Part shown: piece after piece, positions 59,448 through 64,000 of the stretch
How the letters are laid out: every line of letters starts with the position of its first letter
Numbering within the stretch: position 1 is the stretch's first letter
NCBI GenBank assembly: GCA_035495115.1
Contig: DATJGJ010000007.1
Span: 3,136 to 67,135, forward strand
Reading direction: 5' to 3'
DNA: 64,000 bases
Source of the DNA: Minisyncoccota bacterium
GTDB lineage: Bacteria; Patescibacteriota; Minisyncoccia; Phycocordibacterales; PALSA-1337
Translations under genes and position numbers: made by a program
The notes under the pieces: generated by a model
Told to the model about the DNA's origin: nothing
The model's input: only the letters and a program-made list of their open reading frames with translations
Database searches by the model: none

Positions 59448-59575
59448 AACGAAATACTAACTTGACTTTTCAAGTAAAACATGATAATATAGTATAGTAG
59501 TGTGAGATGTGCCCCATTGGGACACAATGACCTTTAAAATAACGTCAGTAAACAACAACCAGTAAGTGCACAAAA

Positions 59576-60220
59576 ATGCGCTTACACAACCGGAGAATTG
59601 TAATGGAAACTATTCTGAGAAAGATACATGTCTATTGGTTATCGTTCACCATGTTTTTTGTGAACCGCAATCCTGAGACAGGCTATGTCCAGTGGACATG
59701 GCGGCCGTGGGTCAATTTTGCCGGCCGTTTTGTGTGCTGTGCGCTTCTGTTCCTTGTGGCAGCATTCATCGTCGCAAGATACCAGATTCGAGACCTGACA
59801 CCGTTCTTCACATCGACGACACAGACTGAAACAGTCCTGACAGAGGCTAGTCCGTTGATCGCTGGTTATGTGGTGAATGGAGAATCGCAAGATCCGCCCG
59901 TGACGAACATTCTTGTTGTGGTCAAATCAGGCGAACTCAAACTGCTGAAAGGTGAAAAAGTTATGCTTGATTTCCACGATGGCAATGGGCGTTACGGGAT
60001 CTCGGCGAGCCTCGGCAGACTTGGCGCAAAATGCGTCGTATGGGATCCTGATCATGATATCAAACCCATTATTCTCAGCGACAATGTCCCATTGGATCTT
60101 GATCACGGAGAAGGAACAAAAACGACACACATTTGTGTAATGGCAGCTGATGATTCAGAAGTTCTGATGTATCAGTTGACAAAGTGGTATCATCGAAGAT
60201 TGGTTGTCGCTCAAAAGTAA
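59576..60220 (+). CDS. Hypothetical membrane protein (orphan)
   Basis: TTGACT-N17-TAATAT promoter; TM; terminator 60230-60265. Confidence 0.6.
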   Translation: MRLHNRRIVMETILRKIHVYWLSFTMFFVNRNPETGYVQWTWRPWVNFAGRFVCCALLFLVAAFIVARYQIRDLTPFFTSTTQTETVLTEASPLIAGYVVNGESQDPPVTNILVVVKSGELKLLKGEKVMLDFHDGNGRYGISASLGRLGAKCVVWDPDHDIKPIILSDNVPLDLDHGEGTKTTHICVMAADDSEVLMYQLTKWYHRRLVVAQK

Positions 60221-60280
60221 AACAAACGCAACAGGCGAGGAATTTTATTCCCCGCCTGTTTTTTTGAATCTTATTTTCTC

Positions 60281-60529
60281 TTACTGGCCTGAAATCGTAT
60301 TTGATATGAAATATACGATACCCCACGCAGATGTCATAATGACCAAACCGATGATACCTGCGAGCATGTGCCATCGTCCCTTTTCACGTGCAGACGAGTC
60401 ATCGCCGTTCATCATCATTTCTACGATGCCCCAGACGAACACGATGATCGCCACGGCGAACATGAGCATAATGATCGGATCGACGATATTGGTGATGATC
60501 GGGTCGATAACTTTAGCGAAGGTATCCAT
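60281..60529 (-). CDS. TrbC/VirB2-like pilin
   Basis: Two TMs joined by GDDSSAREKGR; GLVIMTSAWGIV. Confidence 0.75.
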   Translation of the reverse strand: MDTFAKVIDPIITNIVDPIIMLMFAVAIIVFVWGIVEMMMNGDDSSAREKGRWHMLAGIIGLVIMTSAWGIVYFISNTISGQ

Positions 60530-60538
60530 ACGTTACTT

Positions 60539-60898
60539 TTAAGGAACCTGTGGAGGATAGTTCAGCTGCGGGAAATTCTGAGTAGGAGCGTTCGTATTTG
60601 TCCTGAATGTATTTGAGAGAATGTTGACGAGACCCCAGATAGAGAGGATGACGAAGAGACCAACGATACCCCAGAGAACTGCACCACCAATCGACTTGCG
60701 CTTTTCTGGATCTTCAGCAGCCATGATGTAACGTACGACGTTGAAGATGATATACAAAACTGCAAAAGCGATAAGGATCTCGATAATGGTATTACCGATA
60801 TTGGTCAACTTGTATGTGAGGGTATTCACATCAGTGATCGCCTGAGCACTGACGAGTGCAGGAGCGAAAGCGGCAACGAGTGCGATGATTTTTTTCAT
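60539..60898 (-). CDS. TrbC/VirB2-like pilin
   Basis: Signal peptide; EDPEKRK; WGIVGLFVILSIWGLV. Confidence 0.8.
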   Translation of the reverse strand: MKKIIALVAAFAPALVSAQAITDVNTLTYKLTNIGNTIIEILIAFAVLYIIFNVVRYIMAAEDPEKRKSIGGAVLWGIVGLFVILSIWGLVNILSNTFRTNTNAPTQNFPQLNYPPQVP

Positions 60899-60998
60899 TT
60901 TCTTATAAGCTAATGGATAATAAATATAATACTATGTATCAAGTATACCTCGACTCATTCAAGAGGGGCAACCTGATATGTGGATTAGTTAGGCGCTT

Positions 60999-61463
60999 TT
61001 AATGAGGAAAGACGTTTGTAATATCGTTCCATGAACTATGCGAGAAGCTCGAGTTCCCTATACCGAACGTATTTTGAAGGATATTGACCAATCCCCACAT
61101 CGATAAGATGACGAAGAAGCCAATAACACTGTACATCACATATGTGCCAGCTTGCTTTCGATCTTCATTCGGCATGATGAAATATTTGAAGACATAGTAT
61201 ACGAACACAACCACTGACAATGCGATGAGAAGGAAGAGGATTTGATTCAAGTAGCCGATGACTCGCTCGATGAGCGAACAAAGAGTCAGATTGCCTGTAC
61301 TACACTGCGTACCAGAACCTGCACTGTTGTAATTGCTACCGTATGTATTACCGTATGACGCTCCCCCAGTGAGATTTATGTTGATTCCTCCGATCGCTGC
61401 GAACGACAAGACCGGGCTGACAAGGATAATAAAAGCGAATAGTGGAATAAGTATTTTTTTCAT
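60999..61463 (-). CDS. TrbC/VirB2-like pilin
   Basis: Signal peptide; EDRKQA; IGFFVILSMWGLVNIL. Confidence 0.78.
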   Translation of the reverse strand: MKKILIPLFAFIILVSPVLSFAAIGGININLTGGASYGNTYGSNYNSAGSGTQCSTGNLTLCSLIERVIGYLNQILFLLIALSVVVFVYYVFKYFIMPNEDRKQAGTYVMYSVIGFFVILSMWGLVNILQNTFGIGNSSFSHSSWNDITNVFPH

Positions 61464-61473
61464 ATGAATAATA

Positions 61474-62058
61474 TTATTGGTTATTAATCGCATTTTGCGC
61501 ACTCTGGATCACCGCCGGATTGACAGTCCCTGTTGACTGGAGCGTATTGATGATCACCGTAATCAGTATACGCGCGCCCAAGATGACGCCGATACCCACA
61601 ACCACCCACAGGAGCTGGTTGCTGCGCTTCTTGATCTCCTCAGGGTTACCGCGAGCAAGGACGAACTGGAGACCGACCCACATGAGCATGATCACACCAA
61701 AGATGACCGCAAGATAACTGACGATCTTCATAAAGGTAAAGATAAGATCGCTGATCGAATTGACTCCTTTGAGCGGATTAGAAAGTGTGGTGACAGTATT
61801 GCTGTTGTTGCTACCAGCACTTGTATTTTGCTTTGCGGCGCTTGTATTTGTAGGATCGATCGGTGATCCAGTCATGGTTGCAGGCTGAGATGGTGAACCA
61901 GTCATCGTGCCAGGTACATCAGTGGCTGGTGTAGGATTTGAACCATAGTAGTTAGGTAAAGTTGTATCAGGGTTTGTGCTTACATCATTAGCCGCAAAAC
62001 TTGCCACTGGAAGCATGAGGATGGCCAATACTACGACCGATACAATTTTTGTTTTCAT
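61474..62058 (-). CDS. TrbC/VirB2-like pilin with Pro/Thr-rich N-terminus
   Basis: LSNPL; ARGNPEEIKK; WVVVGIGVILGA. Confidence 0.8.
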   Translation of the reverse strand: MKTKIVSVVVLAILMLPVASFAANDVSTNPDTTLPNYYGSNPTPATDVPGTMTGSPSQPATMTGSPIDPTNTSAAKQNTSAGSNNSNTVTTLSNPLKGVNSISDLIFTFMKIVSYLAVIFGVIMLMWVGLQFVLARGNPEEIKKRSNQLLWVVVGIGVILGARILITVIINTLQSTGTVNPAVIQSAQNAINNQ

Positions 62059-62085
62059 GTGTGAAAAATTCATATGAATAAATAA

Positions 62086-62580
62086 TTATGGGTTGCCAAG
62101 CAACTTGGTGAAGGCCGAGTTCCCTGTAAGCCAGCTCAAAATCTGATACACGATGAACCAAGCCGACAGCATGATGACAAATCCCCACAAAATCTTTGGA
62201 AAAATATCTTTTGCCTTATTTCTGTCGCTATCTGTGCCTTTCAACATGAGATAACCTGCATATGTGAAGAGTACGATAGCCGCAAAAACACCGAGCACCA
62301 TAGCAATATTTATAAGATGTTGAACAGTGAGCATTGCTCCGTTAAAATTACATACGACATAGGGTCGAGTCTGGCCAGTTGGCTTGCCATTATTGTCATA
62401 TAGAGGAACAGGTTTGTTGATGGCCGGATTATCAGGCCCATCGCACACCACAATTCTGAACGATGATTGTGTAGGATCTTCACTCGCCGCTGGTGAAGTG
62501 AGCGTCTGCACACCTTGAGCAAAAACGACTGGTGTAAGCAGTAAACTGAGGGTAAAGAGTGAGAAAAGAGTTTTTTTCAT
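62086..62580 (-). CDS. TrbC/VirB2-like pilin with Cys pair
   Basis: IVVCDG...C.F; YAGYLML.G; KAKDIF..ILWGFVIMLSAWFIV. Confidence 0.8.
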   Translation of the reverse strand: MKKTLFSLFTLSLLLTPVVFAQGVQTLTSPAASEDPTQSSFRIVVCDGPDNPAINKPVPLYDNNGKPTGQTRPYVVCNFNGAMLTVQHLINIAMVLGVFAAIVLFTYAGYLMLKGTDSDRNKAKDIFPKILWGFVIMLSAWFIVYQILSWLTGNSAFTKLLGNP

Positions 62581-62589
62581 ATGTGCGGA

Positions 62590-63888
62590 TTACTGTGATG
62601 TTGCCTGTCTGATCAAGGCGTCGAACTGCTGCCCCGTATCTTCGATAGCTTGGTACGAAGATTTCTTTCCGGTCGTGATAGATTCTACCATATTACCAAA
62701 GAGCTGAGCTGTCTGAACAGGATCTGGATCGAGCCATGACTTACTGACCAGTGCAGCTTCTCCGAATACTGAGAGATAAGGGTCACTCGAACCTTGAGCG
62801 ATCAAATCTGTGCGAACAGGTGGCAGATACATATTCTTTGCGAGCGTTGCGAGATATGTCGGATTTGTCAGCGCTGACAAGACCTGATAAGTGCCATTGG
62901 CATTTGCCGAAGTGCGCACGATTGAAAAGCCGAACATTTTTCCATACGTAGCTTTTATCCCTCCTTTACGAATCTGTGGCAATGGCGCCGCGTCAAAATT
63001 CAAATTTTCATTCTTGCTTCTGATACCCTTGATCTCAGAAGCAAAGCCGAAATACGTAGCGAGGTTGCCTGCGAGAAATGCGGTGCGAGAATCAGGCATA
63101 CCGCGGTTCCAAGAATAGTTGCTATTGGTCGGATCGATAAATTGCGAAAAGAAATCAAGGGCAAGCTTAGGATTTACGCTTGCTGATATGCGTAATGTCG
63201 TCTGGAGCGCGCCTTGCGCATTGTATGTCGTGACTGGATTGCCCATTTGCATAAAAAGCGAACCGAGTATCTCGCGAGAGCTCAAGACATTGGTAAAATC
63301 ACCGAGCGCAATCGCAGACTTTCTGATATTTCCATTCGAATCTTTCACGGTCAGCTTTGGAATGATGGTATTGAATTCGTCCCAATAACGAGGATATGTC
63401 GCTATGCCTGCCGTATTGTACATGTCGCGATTCCAATACATGATGAGAGGATCGATCGTGAATGGCAGAGCGAGTATGCCTGTATCAGTCGTATATAGCT
63501 GAGCTTCTTGAATATATGTATCCATGAATGTGCGCGCGGGAAAAGCCGAATATGGGATAACTGCAATCTTATCTTCATGTGGAAGTAGCATATCCGAAGA
63601 TATGAGGATAGCGTCTGGACCAGTACCACGAGCGAGCGCAGCTATGAACTGCTGTGAAAAAGCTGATGGGTCAATCTGCTTGTATGTGATAGCGAGCGGA
63701 GTCGTAGCTGTGTTATTTATATTTGAAACATAGTCATTGAAAATGCTCGATGAAAATGTGCCCCATACGGTGATAGCGGGCAAAGTGGTGCTCGTCGAGG
63801 TGTTGCCTTTGTACATCGCGAAAGAAACAACGCCCGCAACGATGAACAGTACGAATATGCCGAGAAGAATGATTTGAAATTTGGTCAT
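62590..63888 (-). CDS. Extracellular solute-binding protein (family 1), membrane-anchored
   Basis: ITVWG, GTGPD, ALPFTIDPLIMYWNRDM, FLAGNLATYFG. Confidence 0.85.
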   Translation of the reverse strand: MTKFQIILLGIFVLFIVAGVVSFAMYKGNTSTSTTLPAITVWGTFSSSIFNDYVSNINNTATTPLAITYKQIDPSAFSQQFIAALARGTGPDAILISSDMLLPHEDKIAVIPYSAFPARTFMDTYIQEAQLYTTDTGILALPFTIDPLIMYWNRDMYNTAGIATYPRYWDEFNTIIPKLTVKDSNGNIRKSAIALGDFTNVLSSREILGSLFMQMGNPVTTYNAQGALQTTLRISASVNPKLALDFFSQFIDPTNSNYSWNRGMPDSRTAFLAGNLATYFGFASEIKGIRSKNENLNFDAAPLPQIRKGGIKATYGKMFGFSIVRTSANANGTYQVLSALTNPTYLATLAKNMYLPPVRTDLIAQGSSDPYLSVFGEAALVSKSWLDPDPVQTAQLFGNMVESITTGKKSSYQAIEDTGQQFDALIRQATSQ

Positions 63889-63900
63889 AAAATAAAATAC

Positions 63901-64000
63901 CTATGATCTCGTTAATATAAGGCCATAATGATGGTCGCCTGCTCCGAATGACTGGTCGAGCTTGAAACCTATCTTCTCAAATAACATTTGCGCCCTGCTC
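63901..64000 (-). CDS. C-terminal fragment of a CDS, possibly a class I SAM methyltransferase
   Basis: Manual translation ...LFEKIGFKLDQSFGAGDHHYGLILTRS*; only 32 codons visible. Confidence 0.45.
   Translation of the reverse strand, partial: SRAQMLFEKIGFKLDQSFGAGDHHYGLILTRS

Noticed and set aside
1-64000. Alternative genetic code (TGA read-through as in Gracilibacteria/SR1)
   Set aside because: Conserved genes are full-length in code 11, and TGA terminates rnc, dprA and apbE at the expected positions

Overview
Chromosomal segment of a small-genome bacterium, most consistent with Patescibacteria/CPR (Parcubacteria-like). The assignment is inferred from gene content: short AspRS and DnaX, NusB-NUDIX fusion, VirB2-like pilin array, and many leaderless genes. 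The standard code is used. The window carries housekeeping genes (pyrD partial, aspS, dnaX, dus, serS, dprA, topA, parB, miaA, rpmG, alr, clpB, smc-like, rnc, nusB, rpmF), six tRNAs, a MarR-efflux operon, a CsoR-copper operon with its operator, an ECF sigma/anti-sigma pair, an ApbE flavinylation cluster and many orphan genes. No integrase, transposase, CRISPR array or rRNA is visible. The most striking signal is non-coding. Three different tRNA genes (Leu-CAA, Trp, Tyr) are each followed by a ~155-165 bp element with a gap-free 70-nt core showing 8 compensatory base-pair changes, GNA triloops and tandem GA steps. The outer arms of each copy are an antisense and a sense copy of that particular host tRNA's T-arm. 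Related structured inserts lie in-frame inside topA and next to tRNA-Lys and tRNA-Trp. Also found: a GxxExxY nuclease gene bounded by perfect 33-bp inverted repeats with a solo end elsewhere, and a five-site ECF promoter motif (GTAA-N17/18-CGTC). All calls come from reading the sequence by eye; no searches were run.
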